NCBI GenBank assembly: GCA_963717465.1
Contig: OY970340.1
Coordinates: 512,001 to 576,000, forward strand
DNA length: 64,000 nt
Source: Candidatus Bathyarchaeota archaeon
Lineage (GTDB): Archaea > Thermoproteota > Bathyarchaeia > Bathyarchaeales > Bathycorpusculaceae
Direction of reading: 5' to 3'
Each line of letters starts with the position of its first letter. The first letter of the stretch is position 1. Both the position numbers and the translations under genes were made by a program. Positions 21,155 to 30,772 of this stretch are shown piece after piece. The notes below the pieces were generated by a model that saw nothing but the letters and a program-made list of their open reading frames with translations, had not been told where the DNA came from and searched no databases.

Positions 21155-21952
21155 ATGGCTATTCTCACAACAGAACATCTCACTCGCAGTTTCGGGCAAC
21201 TAAAAGCGGTTAATGACTTGACCATAGCTGTGGATGAAGGCGAAATCTTTGGTCTACTTGGTCCCAATGGCGCAGGTAAGTCAACCGTCATCAAAATGTT
21301 AACCACCCTTTTGCCTCCGACTGCTGGACGCGCAACGATTGGAGACTTCGATGTTGTGCATAACGCAGGCAAAGTAAGAAGATTGATTGGCTACGTGCCT
21401 CAACTTCTCTCTGCTGACAGCACCCTCACAGGCCGCGAGAACCTGATGATCTTTGCCAAACTTTATGATATACCCAAAAGTGAACGCGCCACACGAATCG
21501 ATGGGTCACTGAAGTTCATGGAGTTAACCGACGCCAGTAATAAACTTGTGAAAAATTATTCGGGCGGCATGATTAGGCGCTTAGAAATAGCCCAAGCCAT
21601 GCTGCATCACCCCAAAGTTCTGTTCTTGGACGAGCCCACCATTGGTCTTGATCCAGTAGGACGCAAAGCGGTATGGGATCATATCCAAAAACTGCGAGAT
21701 GACTACGGAATTACCATCTTTCTTACTACGCACTACATGGAAGAAGCAGACAAGCTATGCCCCAGGGTGGCGATCATGCATTTAGGAAAATTGGTTGTCA
21801 TTGGTGCACCTACCGATTTGAAGAAATCCCTAAATAGGGATGACGCAACGCTCGACGACGTATTCGCGTACTACACTGGGGGAGAACTCGAGAGAGGTGA
21901 AAGCTATAGAGAAACGAGCAGGACAAGGCAAACGGCGGGGAGGCTCGGCTAA
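21155..21952 (+). CDS. ABC exporter ATP-binding subunit (DrrA-like)
   Basis: 'GPNGAGKST', 'YSGGM', 'LFLDEPT', 'TTHY'. Confidence 0.9.
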   Translation: MAILTTEHLTRSFGQLKAVNDLTIAVDEGEIFGLLGPNGAGKSTVIKMLTTLLPPTAGRATIGDFDVVHNAGKVRRLIGYVPQLLSADSTLTGRENLMIFAKLYDIPKSERATRIDGSLKFMELTDASNKLVKNYSGGMIRRLEIAQAMLHHPKVLFLDEPTIGLDPVGRKAVWDHIQKLRDDYGITIFLTTHYMEEADKLCPRVAIMHLGKLVVIGAPTDLKKSLNRDDATLDDVFAYYTGGELERGESYRETSRTRQTAGRLG

Positions 21953-22760
21953 AACGATCCTGAATAAATTGAAAAATGCGGCTAAATCGGTTAATTCCTT
22001 CTCCTACAAAACATTGAGCATAGCAGAGATGGATGCACGGAAACTTCGTCATGATCCAACCGAGTTGATTACCCGTGCTGTACAACCTGCTCTCTGGTTA
22101 CTGATCTTCGGGGAAGTCTTCACAAGGGCACATATCATATCCACTGGTAGTCTACCATACATATCCTTCATAACGCCTGGAATTCTAGCTCAAAGCTGCC
22201 TCTTTGTAGCCATCTTCTACGGCATATCTGTTATCTGGGATCGCGACTTAGGCATTGTCCACAAATTCTTAGTAAGCCCAACGCCCCGAGAAGCGTTGGT
22301 TCTCGGTAAAGCATTGTCTGCAGGAGTCCGGGCGCTTTCTCAAGTTGTAATCATCTATGTACTAGCTATTTTGATTGGCGTAGGCATCAACTGGAATCCT
22401 ATAAACCTAACATTGGTCGTGGTCGTCACGATATTGGCTTCGGCTTTGTTTTCAACATTTTCACTCATAATAGCTTCTGTGGTGAAGACGCGTGAACGCT
22501 TCATGGGCATCGGTCAAATATTGACTATGCCGCTGTTCTTTGCAAGTAACGCCATTTACCCACTATCACTGATGCCTAGTTGGTTGCAAATCGTTGCTCA
22601 AGCTAATCCTCTTACTTACGCAGTTGACGCACTGCGAGGGCTCATGATTATAGGAGGATCCAGCACTTATGGGGTTGGCATAGACTTGCTTGTACTTTTT
22701 GTAGGCATGATTGCTCTGGTAATAATCGGCTCTAAACTCTACCCGAAAGTGATCATTTGA
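21840..22760 (+). CDS. ABC-2 exporter permease (DrrB-like); true start probably further downstream
   Basis: Six TM segments, 'FITPGILAQ', 'ANPLTYAVDALR'. Confidence 0.85.
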   Translation: MTQRSTTYSRTTLGENSREVKAIEKRAGQGKRRGGSAKTILNKLKNAAKSVNSFSYKTLSIAEMDARKLRHDPTELITRAVQPALWLLIFGEVFTRAHIISTGSLPYISFITPGILAQSCLFVAIFYGISVIWDRDLGIVHKFLVSPTPREALVLGKALSAGVRALSQVVIIYVLAILIGVGINWNPINLTLVVVVTILASALFSTFSLIIASVVKTRERFMGIGQILTMPLFFASNAIYPLSLMPSWLQIVAQANPLTYAVDALRGLMIIGGSSTYGVGIDLLVLFVGMIALVIIGSKLYPKVII

Positions 22761-22924
22761 AAACGTGCACTTTACTGCCTAGTCTTGATGTCTGCGACGA
22801 AAATATTAGCGCACGCACTTGCTCTCTAAGCTGTCAGCTGTTTTGTTGTCTTGAATTTAGGCAAGAGGCTAAATGAAGCATTGAAGAAAAATTACAATTT
22901 CAAGGGGCAGGCAAAGTTGGAAAC

Positions 22925-23253
22925 GATCACTAAGCGCTTGGAATTGCTAAAGCTTGAAGGATAAGGCTTTTCTCAGGCTGAGATTGTGAAGGAATTGAGC
23001 GTTAACTAAGCGGACAGTGTACAGTGACTTTGAGACCCGTGAAGGCTGGCAAGCCGCGCAGAGCGGGATTAAGCCAAACATGGTTCTGCTGAAGGTCATT
23101 AACCGTTATGAGCAGATTTATCGTCAAGCAAGCATGCGGTTTTTGTCGTCTTCCAATGAGTTGGCTCGGATGGCGGCATTGAATTTTATGCTAAAGACTA
23201 ATTCTATGTTGTTTGAGTGCTGGAAAATAGTGGTCTCATATACTCTAAACTAA
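22925..23253 (+). pseudogene. degenerate HTH-domain gene
   Basis: 'KRLELLKLEG*GFSQAEIVKELS...KRTVYSDF' is an HTH-like pattern with an in-frame TAA and a deletion/frameshift, continuing into ORF 23017..23253. Confidence 0.55.
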
Positions 23254-23528
23254 TCTTTTATGGCTTCTATAAAGCTCATGACGTTCCAGAGCTTGACTCG
23301 CGTGTAGGGCGGCATGTTTGGGTCTTGAAGAATCTCATCTAATAGAGATACGGCGTTTGAGGCTTTTACGGCGGGTGTAAATTCTGGGCTTTGCAGTGCG
23401 TTCATGGCATCTTTGGCGGTGCGTCTAATGTTTCTTGGTGTTGTATTGTCTTCAGAAACTTCTCCGAGAACGCCTAGTGCCTGCTTAATTTTGGCTTCAT
23501 ACTCTTCAGCTTTTTTCTTCCGAACCAT
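23250..23528 (-). CDS. UPF0147 family protein
   Basis: 'DNTTPRNIRR', 'DPNMPPYTRVKLWN'. Confidence 0.9.
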   Translation of the reverse strand: MVRKKKAEEYEAKIKQALGVLGEVSEDNTTPRNIRRTAKDAMNALQSPEFTPAVKASNAVSLLDEILQDPNMPPYTRVKLWNVMSFIEAIKD

Positions 23529-23591
23529 AAATTAGAACTCCTCATTGTTTTTCGAGTAACCAAGTTATATAAGCATTGATACGTATTTACT

Positions 23592-23963
23592 TTGGGGTTC
23601 TTGATGAAAGAAAAAAAGGAAAATACGTCGATTAAACGTATGGCTGAACTCTTAATGCAAGGCGCCACTTTAACTGACTTGTCATGCCCAGTTTGCTCTT
23701 CACCGCTTTTTAGATTAAAAGATGACACGTTATGGTGCGGTCAAGACGAAAAAAAAGTAATAATCGTAAAAGAAGGCGAGGAACCACCAAAACCACCAGC
23801 CAATTCAGCATACAATAAGCTTGAAGCAACATTAATGGCTAAAGTGGAAGATATCCAGAAAAAAATTGAAAAAACAGACAACATAGAGGAAATACAAAAA
23901 CTAACAGCAGCCCTCTCAGAGTTACTAAACAGTTTAGAAAAAGTCAAATCGATGAAGAAGTAA
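23592..23963 (+). CDS. UPF0148 / autoantigen-p27-like zinc-ribbon protein (ATG 23604 likely start)
   Basis: 'MAELLMQGATLTDLSCPVCSSPLFR' followed by a coiled coil. Confidence 0.85.
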   Translation: MGFLMKEKKENTSIKRMAELLMQGATLTDLSCPVCSSPLFRLKDDTLWCGQDEKKVIIVKEGEEPPKPPANSAYNKLEATLMAKVEDIQKKIEKTDNIEEIQKLTAALSELLNSLEKVKSMKK

Positions 23964-23979
23964 GCTGGAACATAAGCTA

Positions 23980-24486
23980 TTGCTTGGGGTATACGATAAT
24001 TTTCCAGTAAACCTCCACAGAATCGACACTTTTAACTCAGCTATCTCTTCCAAGCAACTTCAAAGGAGAATTATTCAAGTTTTTTACGAAATTAACCTTA
24101 AAACATTTAGTTTCGAAGAGATTGCTAACCCGACAGTTCCAAACGCAAAAATCATTTTTGAAATAGGTTTAGCAGAAAATACCAGCTTCTGTTTTATTGA
24201 TCAAGAAGAAGCTGCACAAGCACTCGATACTATAAGAAAGAAACGCGTTCAAATGTTGGATTTTTTTTGCGTAATCCGTTACCAAAAAACCGTGCAAGAT
24301 AAAAAAGCAGTTTTAAAATTTGATTACTACATGATCCGAATGTTATTTGGCAAAAACATGCTTGAACTTCAGATTTATCATGAGAAAGGTCCACGTTACC
24401 TAACTCCCGAGGACTTAAGCAATTTTATTCTTAGCAGACTTAACAGTTTTCCCAACAAAATATTAACGAGAATAGAAAGCGACTAA
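23980..24486 (+). CDS. hypothetical protein
   Basis: 168-aa ORF co-oriented with, and 16 nt after, the previous gene. Confidence 0.7.
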   Translation: MLGVYDNFPVNLHRIDTFNSAISSKQLQRRIIQVFYEINLKTFSFEEIANPTVPNAKIIFEIGLAENTSFCFIDQEEAAQALDTIRKKRVQMLDFFCVIRYQKTVQDKKAVLKFDYYMIRMLFGKNMLELQIYHEKGPRYLTPEDLSNFILSRLNSFPNKILTRIESD

Positions 24487-24583
24487 ATAGTTTTTAGAAA
24501 AACAATTATCAAAGTTTATAAGAGCCCTTGAGTAACGGTCAAAAAACAACTGGGATTATTTAGAACCGTCAGGAAGCAGAATA

Positions 24584-25564
24584 ATGAACCCTATCGTGGT
24601 AAAGTCACTCAAAAAATATTATGGCAGCCTAAAAGCGGTTGATAACATTTCTTTCACGGTTAATCAGGGAGAAATTTTTGGATTACTTGGTCCAAACGGA
24701 GCAGGTAAAACCACCACCATAGAAATTTTGGAAGGTTTACGTAAAAAGGAAGGGGGTGAAGTGGAAGTTTTAGGTCTTGATCCTTGGAGGCAAGGCTATG
24801 AACTGCATAAGAGAATTGGTGTTATCCCTCAAGAGTTTAATTTCTTTGAAAGAACAACTCCAAGGGAAGCAATAGTTTACTATTCTAGCCTCTTTAAAGT
24901 TAAGGTTGATCCTGATGAAATACTGAAAGAAGTTTTGCTTGAAGATTCAGGAAAAAATCAATTCCAAAACTTGTCCGGTGGACAGAAACAAAAAATGGGA
25001 CTTGCACTTTCACTAGTTAACACGCCGGAACTGGTGTTTCTCGATGAACCCACCACAGGTTTAGACCCTAACGCTAGAAGAGCAATCTGGGAAGTAATTA
25101 AGAGGCTAAAAGCTACAGGCAAAACCATTATACTAACAACTCATTACCTTGACGAAGCTCAACAGCTCTCAGATAACGTAGCCATAATGAACCATGGGCA
25201 CATCGTGGCCATCGGCACTTCAGATCAAATAATAGAGGAATTTGGCTCAGGCGAACGAATAGAGCTACATGGAAGCAACATAAAGCTTGCAGATTACATT
25301 CGAGATAACACGAAACTGCAAGTTGACTATTACGAAACTAAAGGCATTGTTAGCGTACTGATTAAACAGAAAAGTGATGCATTAAAAGCTTTGATGGCAG
25401 CTGAAGAGTCAGGTCTGGAATGGCGCGAAATGCAAACCCACCGAGACAGCCTAGATGACGTCTTTGTTAAGCTGGTAAATATGCAAGTTAATGAACAAGG
25501 CGAAATTCAAGAAAACGGAAACGCAAATAATAACAAACCAAAAAACAAAAAGGAGAAAAAGTAA
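24584..25564 (+). CDS. ABC transporter ATP-binding protein
   Basis: 'GPNGAGKTT', 'LSGGQ', 'FLDEPT'. Confidence 0.9.
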   Translation: MNPIVVKSLKKYYGSLKAVDNISFTVNQGEIFGLLGPNGAGKTTTIEILEGLRKKEGGEVEVLGLDPWRQGYELHKRIGVIPQEFNFFERTTPREAIVYYSSLFKVKVDPDEILKEVLLEDSGKNQFQNLSGGQKQKMGLALSLVNTPELVFLDEPTTGLDPNARRAIWEVIKRLKATGKTIILTTHYLDEAQQLSDNVAIMNHGHIVAIGTSDQIIEEFGSGERIELHGSNIKLADYIRDNTKLQVDYYETKGIVSVLIKQKSDALKALMAAEESGLEWREMQTHRDSLDDVFVKLVNMQVNEQGEIQENGNANNNKPKNKKEKK

Positions 25565-26700
25565 TGCCAAGCCTAAGAAGAATCTTTGCTGATTTCAAGG
25601 TTTTTAGCCGAGGATACATAAGAAACGTTATCGGCTTATTTTTCGGCTTGATATTTCCAGTTATACTAATTTTGATCTTCGGCGCAATATTTTCCTCAAC
25701 TGGAACCGTAACCGTCTACGTGCAAAATCTAGATACAACTAACAAAAATAATATTGCTACGTCATTCGTGGATGCAATCAATGGTACTTACCCCAATGGA
25801 ACTGCAATCAGCAGTAACTGGCCAGTCCAAGTAAAAATGGTTGATCCTTCCGTAAACTTCACTGAATACTTAAGAGAGCAATCATCCTCTGATGGCATAA
25901 TTATTCCGGCAAACTTTTCACAAGAATATCTTACACCTGGAGGACAAACGAATATCACAGTATACGGCAGTAGTTCCTCAACTACAAGTTCAATCATAAG
26001 CAGCGTAGTAACTTCCTTAGCAAACCAGTACAATTTGCAAAGAGCTGGCGGTTCAGAAGTTATACAGATATCCTCAGCTTCTGTAAACACTCAACAAACA
26101 AAATACATTGATACACTAATTCCCGGGCTCATCGGCTTTGCTATACTAGTTAACCCAATGTTCGCTATAGTAAGCATATCAGCGGATTACAAGAAAACAA
26201 AAATGTTTAAACAATTGTCATTAACTCCGCTAACGAAAATGGAGTGGCTAACATCAAAAATCTTGTTTTACATTTTACTTTCAGCCATTTCATTCTTACT
26301 CATGTCAGCCGTGGGAATCTGGGTCTTTGGCGCAAACATAACTTTTTCCGCATGGCTTATTCCGTTTATAATCCTGGGACCAATGCTCTTCTGTTCACTG
26401 GGTATGCTCGTGGGCACAGTATCAAAAACCCCTGAAACCGCAAGCATAGTAGGTAACATCATAACGTTCCCAATGATGTTCCTGGCAGGCACATTCTTCC
26501 CAATCTCAATCATGCCAACGTGGCTTCAGACACTCGCCCATGTACTTCCGTTATACTATGTGATTGAAGGATTAAACAATGTAATGGTTTACAACAACGC
26601 AAACCTCATGACGACATTGATAGACTTGGCAGTCGTTGGCATAATTACAGCAGTCTTCTTTATCGCAGCAATCCGTTTCTTTAAATGGCGAGAAGACTAA
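25564..26700 (+). CDS. ABC-2 type permease
   Basis: TM, extracellular loop, then 5 TM; 'FPMMFLAGTFFP'. Confidence 0.88.
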   Translation: MPSLRRIFADFKVFSRGYIRNVIGLFFGLIFPVILILIFGAIFSSTGTVTVYVQNLDTTNKNNIATSFVDAINGTYPNGTAISSNWPVQVKMVDPSVNFTEYLREQSSSDGIIIPANFSQEYLTPGGQTNITVYGSSSSTTSSIISSVVTSLANQYNLQRAGGSEVIQISSASVNTQQTKYIDTLIPGLIGFAILVNPMFAIVSISADYKKTKMFKQLSLTPLTKMEWLTSKILFYILLSAISFLLMSAVGIWVFGANITFSAWLIPFIILGPMLFCSLGMLVGTVSKTPETASIVGNIITFPMMFLAGTFFPISIMPTWLQTLAHVLPLYYVIEGLNNVMVYNNANLMTTLIDLAVVGIITAVFFIAAIRFFKWRED

Positions 26701-27311
26701 ACTTTTTCCCTCAACCCTTTCTTCTTCAAAAAGCTTTCTACTTTAGAGTATAAGTCCTGAGCAACTACATTAACGGGTTTCTCGCCGTCTAAACGACAAA
26801 GTTCACCATTCGCCACGAACTGTAAGTAAACCTGCCTGACTTTTTGTTGATTCTCCAAAGTTTCCATAACGGACCTTCCACGATTTAACCGCTGCATAAC
26901 AATTTCAGGACTAACATCAATAAAGAAAGCAGCATCGGGCTTCAAAGCATACTCGTTAATCGCTCTAATCCATTCCAGGCTTAGACCAGCGCTTCCCTGA
27001 TAAGCTAAAGATGAGTAAACGTAACGATCAGAAATTACAATTTTGCCCTCTTCCAACGCTGGTACCACTTCATTTTGAATATGCTCGATGCGGTCAGCTG
27101 CAAACAACAAAGCTTCAACAGAAGTTGGTAAACGCTTTTCACCGTACAAGCAACTTTCACGTATGAACGTGCCGATTTTGCCGTTGCTTGGCTCAGCAGT
27201 ACAAATAGCACTGATCGATTCACTTAATTTTTTTGTCAGCATTTTTGCTTGGGTGGTTTTTCCGCTCCCGTCTAAGCCTTCGATGCAGATGAAAACGCCT
27301 TTCTTGCTCAT
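26697..27311 (-). CDS. tmk: thymidylate kinase
   Basis: 'IEGLDGSGKTTQ', 'LLFAADR', 'SDRYVYSSLAYQ'. Confidence 0.95.
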   Translation of the reverse strand: MSKKGVFICIEGLDGSGKTTQAKMLTKKLSESISAICTAEPSNGKIGTFIRESCLYGEKRLPTSVEALLFAADRIEHIQNEVVPALEEGKIVISDRYVYSSLAYQGSAGLSLEWIRAINEYALKPDAAFFIDVSPEIVMQRLNRGRSVMETLENQQKVRQVYLQFVANGELCRLDGEKPVNVVAQDLYSKVESFLKKKGLREKV

Positions 27312-27403
27312 GTTTTTTCAACTCGGTTGGTTCAGCGTTACACATTATAAGAAGGCGCATAAATATAATTTAACTTTAGAGGCAAACTTTAGAGGCGTTA
27401 TTT

Positions 27404-28678
27404 GTGCCGGAGGCTCAGTGGGGCGAAATAAAAGATCCCGTTCACGGATATGTATACATAACTGAAGCAGAAAAGAATGTCATCGATTCTTATCCGATGC
27501 AGCGGCTTAGAAGGCTACGTCAACTTGCAGGTTCAGAATACGTTTATCCAAGTGCAAACCACACACGTTTTGAACACAGCATCGGCGTATTGTTTCTTGC
27601 ACGAAAAGTGCTTGAAAACCCAAACATTTCAAGATTAATTAGTGCTCAAGAAATCGAGTTATGCAGAGCATCCGCACTACTTCATGATGTTGGTCATGGT
27701 CCGTTTTCGCATGTGTTTGAGGAGCTACTGCAGAGATTTTTAAAAAAATCGCACGAAGACATTACATCTTGGCTGATTGAAAAGAGCGAAATTGCTGATT
27801 GCCTATCCAAGATGGGTTTTAGCCCCTGTGAGGTAGCGGCTTTAGCGGTAGGAAAACTGCGTAAGCCAGGCAAGGCGTTTCTTGATCAAATAATCAGCAG
27901 CGCAGTGGATGTTGATAAGCAGGATTTCATAGTAAGAGATACTTATCATACAGGCGCTGAATACGGCTTCATAGATGTTTTCCGATTAATCCACGCCTTA
28001 GACGTGTATGACGGAAACCTAGCTGTTGAGCTTGGCGCGTTATCAGCACTTGAATCATTAATGATTGCCAGAATTGAATCGTTCAAAAGTATATATTTTC
28101 ATCGCGTGGGAAGAGCAGCCCAGTTAATGCTGGCAAAAGCTATGGAAAAAGCTAACCCAGAACTCGGATTAACGACTTTTAAAACGCCTGAAGAGTATCT
28201 TGGTATGGATGATTATACTGTTTGGACAGCACTGAAAAAATGCGATGCATCCAAAACAATCATGAATAATTTGGCGCAGCGTAAAATGCTCAAATGCTCT
28301 TTTGAACGCACATTTTATGAGAAAGACACGATGATCACAAACATTTTTGGTCGTGAATCATACCGGTTAAAGATGCAAAATGAAATCGCAGAAGAAGCAA
28401 ATGTGGAAGCGGACTCAGTCATCATTGATGTGCCAACCGTGGCTTCAGTTCCATACCATTACGCTGAATTCTCCAAACCAACGGAAATCCCTGTCTATAG
28501 AAGAGATTCATCAGGTCACAAAACCGTCCAGAAGCTAACAGAAATCTCAAAAATCTTTGAAACCCTGCAGGGATTCATGAATATACTAAGAGTTTACACC
28601 GATGCGACAAACCGGGAAGCGGTAGAAAAAGCCGCAGTTAAAATTTTAGGAAAAGTTAATTCACCTGAAATGTTTTAG
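27404..28678 (+). CDS. HD-domain phosphohydrolase (SAMHD1/dNTPase-like)
   Basis: 'IKDPVHG', 'QRLRRLRQL', 'HTRFEHSIG', 'LLHDVGHGPFSH', 'DVDKQDF..RD'. Confidence 0.9.
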   Translation: MPEAQWGEIKDPVHGYVYITEAEKNVIDSYPMQRLRRLRQLAGSEYVYPSANHTRFEHSIGVLFLARKVLENPNISRLISAQEIELCRASALLHDVGHGPFSHVFEELLQRFLKKSHEDITSWLIEKSEIADCLSKMGFSPCEVAALAVGKLRKPGKAFLDQIISSAVDVDKQDFIVRDTYHTGAEYGFIDVFRLIHALDVYDGNLAVELGALSALESLMIARIESFKSIYFHRVGRAAQLMLAKAMEKANPELGLTTFKTPEEYLGMDDYTVWTALKKCDASKTIMNNLAQRKMLKCSFERTFYEKDTMITNIFGRESYRLKMQNEIAEEANVEADSVIIDVPTVASVPYHYAEFSKPTEIPVYRRDSSGHKTVQKLTEISKIFETLQGFMNILRVYTDATNREAVEKAAVKILGKVNSPEMF

Positions 28679-28712
28679 AAAAAAAGAAAGAGTTGATTGA
28701 TTAGACAGGGTT

Positions 28713-29642
28713 TCATTTGGTGGTGCTTTCTTGAGGCGGCAGTGGTAATTGCTGTTGCGGTTTGCTCTTTCTATATAAGTAGAAGAATACGCCAATACCG
28801 ACTAAAAGTAAACCTATGCCAAAAAGAATCACTGCTACCGCTTCAATGAACATTATGGTACCATAGCCCTGTGCAAGATAGAATATTGTGTTCTCAGCTG
28901 TTGACCAAAATGATGATTCAGTGCCATATGCTGCTTTATAATCGCTTAGCGCAGTACTGTAGTAGTTTGCTGCATCGGCAAAGTCGCCTGTTGCATAAGC
29001 CTCATCGCCAAGAGCTCTATTGTTATCAGCTTGTTCTTCATAGTTACGAGCATTTCCATCAATAAGAGGCAGAAAACCCAATTGCGTTAAATCAGTGTAA
29101 GCCGAAATTGTCCGATTGTCTTTATAAGCAGTAGCTTGGTTTGCTGAGAAAACTGCGAAATCACTTTCAGTGTCGATGGTCGTAGTGGTTACGGTTCCGC
29201 CAGAGGACTGATTCATTGTATCTACATATACACTGTAACTGTGGGTAACATAATTGGAAGCTATTGAAACAGATGGCACTGTGAAAGTTATCAAGACAAC
29301 ACATGATTGACCAGGTGATAGAATTAAAGCATTTGTTGTGCTGATTGTTGGATTTGTTGAACTGTAATTTGTAGCCCAATCGAAACCAACCTTTACCGCC
29401 GAAATGTTAAGCTGCTCGCTACCGCTATTTGGAATGTAAACTGCTAAGCTAGCATTAGTATTTTCAATGTAAGCTTCATCGACGTAGCCAAGGAACGAAT
29501 CGGAAAAATCTCTTGCAACCGGAGAAATCCAGTTACTTGAAGTAGTATATGCAGCTTTTACAGTTAAGTTAGGCGCAAACCCAAGTGCTATAATTAGAAT
29601 ACCAAAGCAAATAAGTGCACTCATCATTATTTTTTTTCTCAT
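28713..29642 (-). CDS. secreted protein with C-terminal membrane anchor
   Basis: Signal peptide 'MRKKIMMSALICF...', Ser/Thr/Asn-rich body, helical segment, C-terminal TM. Confidence 0.75.
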   Translation of the reverse strand: MRKKIMMSALICFGILIIALGFAPNLTVKAAYTTSSNWISPVARDFSDSFLGYVDEAYIENTNASLAVYIPNSGSEQLNISAVKVGFDWATNYSSTNPTISTTNALILSPGQSCVVLITFTVPSVSIASNYVTHSYSVYVDTMNQSSGGTVTTTTIDTESDFAVFSANQATAYKDNRTISAYTDLTQLGFLPLIDGNARNYEEQADNNRALGDEAYATGDFADAANYYSTALSDYKAAYGTESSFWSTAENTIFYLAQGYGTIMFIEAVAVILFGIGLLLVGIGVFFYLYRKSKPQQQLPLPPQESTTK

Positions 29643-29915
29643 TAATCTTTCCTCTTTGACAGGCAGGTATTTGCCAGCGTTAAGCATATAAGCTTTTTTA
29701 AGATTGCCTCGCTCTTTTGCCTAAAACAATCAGTCCTTTTTCAGATAAAGTGCTGCATTAAGGAAAATCGGTATAAATTTTGAAATCGAAGATGAACTAA
29801 AAAAATAGATTCTTATCTCTATTTGACGGCAATATAGACTTCTTTGGCCTTCGTTTGATAGGGAGCTTATTTTTAGGTACGTTTATATGGGGAGAAAAGG
29901 TAGGAGAGCGTTTTT

Positions 29916-30539
29916 TTAAACAGTTACCCATCCACTGCTTGTTAGTGACGATGGAACTGTAAATTGTATTGTAGCTGACGCTGTTTGCTCAAGGGTAACT
30001 TTAATGTCAACTTGTGATCCCGCTAATGCTCCGTTGGCATTGCTTAAGGATATGACGAGATATCCCTCGCTGTTTGCATTTAATGTGGCACCGTTTGGAA
30101 CGTACATTGCTGCTTTATCTGCTGTTGTGCTTGTTAATAGTGCATCGTAAGTGGTTGATGTTAATGCTTGAACGCCTGAGTATATGTCGGTTGTTATGAC
30201 TCCGTTTGCATCAAAGGTTACTTGTGTCGTGTTTGTGCCTAATGTAACAGTATTCACTCCAACTGCTTTTAATGGAATGACTATGCCTGTTATGTTAGAA
30301 CCATCTGCAGAGGCTTTAACGTAAATATCTCCATCAACGGCTAATGAGGAACTTGCTTGCGTCAAACTCTGCTGAATAACGCTTTTGCTTTGGTTAGAAG
30401 CAAAAAGCCCTTGATCGATAACCATGTAACTAAATACACCGGCAATGATAACGAAAGCTATTAGAATTATCGCCGCCTCTAAAGCAACTATACCACGCCG
30501 CTGCTTTATGAAGCTCCTTAGGTTCTTTTTCCCATTCAT
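29916..30539 (-). CDS. arlB: archaellin
   Basis: Class III signal 'KQRRG|IVALEAAIILIAFVIIAGVFSY'; 16-aa leader. Confidence 0.92.
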   Translation of the reverse strand: MNGKKNLRSFIKQRRGIVALEAAIILIAFVIIAGVFSYMVIDQGLFASNQSKSVIQQSLTQASSSLAVDGDIYVKASADGSNITGIVIPLKAVGVNTVTLGTNTTQVTFDANGVITTDIYSGVQALTSTTYDALLTSTTADKAAMYVPNGATLNANSEGYLVISLSNANGALAGSQVDIKVTLEQTASATIQFTVPSSLTSSGWVTV

Positions 30540-30696
30540 ATTATTTGCCTCTTCAATGACTTGTTTGCTTTAATTTGTCTTTCTAATCGTATATCTTTGT
30601 ATTAATGACTTACGACTTACCAATTAAGGTCAAAAAACAGAATTTAAAAACTATAGTAACGATAAGTTTTTGAAAATAAAAAATTAGTCTCATGCA

Positions 30697-30744
30697 CCAT
30701 GGCACCACCCTGTTACCCTGAGGTGGTGCCATGGCGTTTTTTTT
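30697..30744. terminator. perfect 13-bp inverted repeat with a T8 tract on the + strand, between the two archaellins
   Basis: CCATGGCACCACC-N12-GGTGGTGCCATGG followed by CGTTTTTTTT. Confidence 0.6.
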
Positions 30745-30772
30745 AACCGAACGTGCCCTTGTGTTATCTTCT

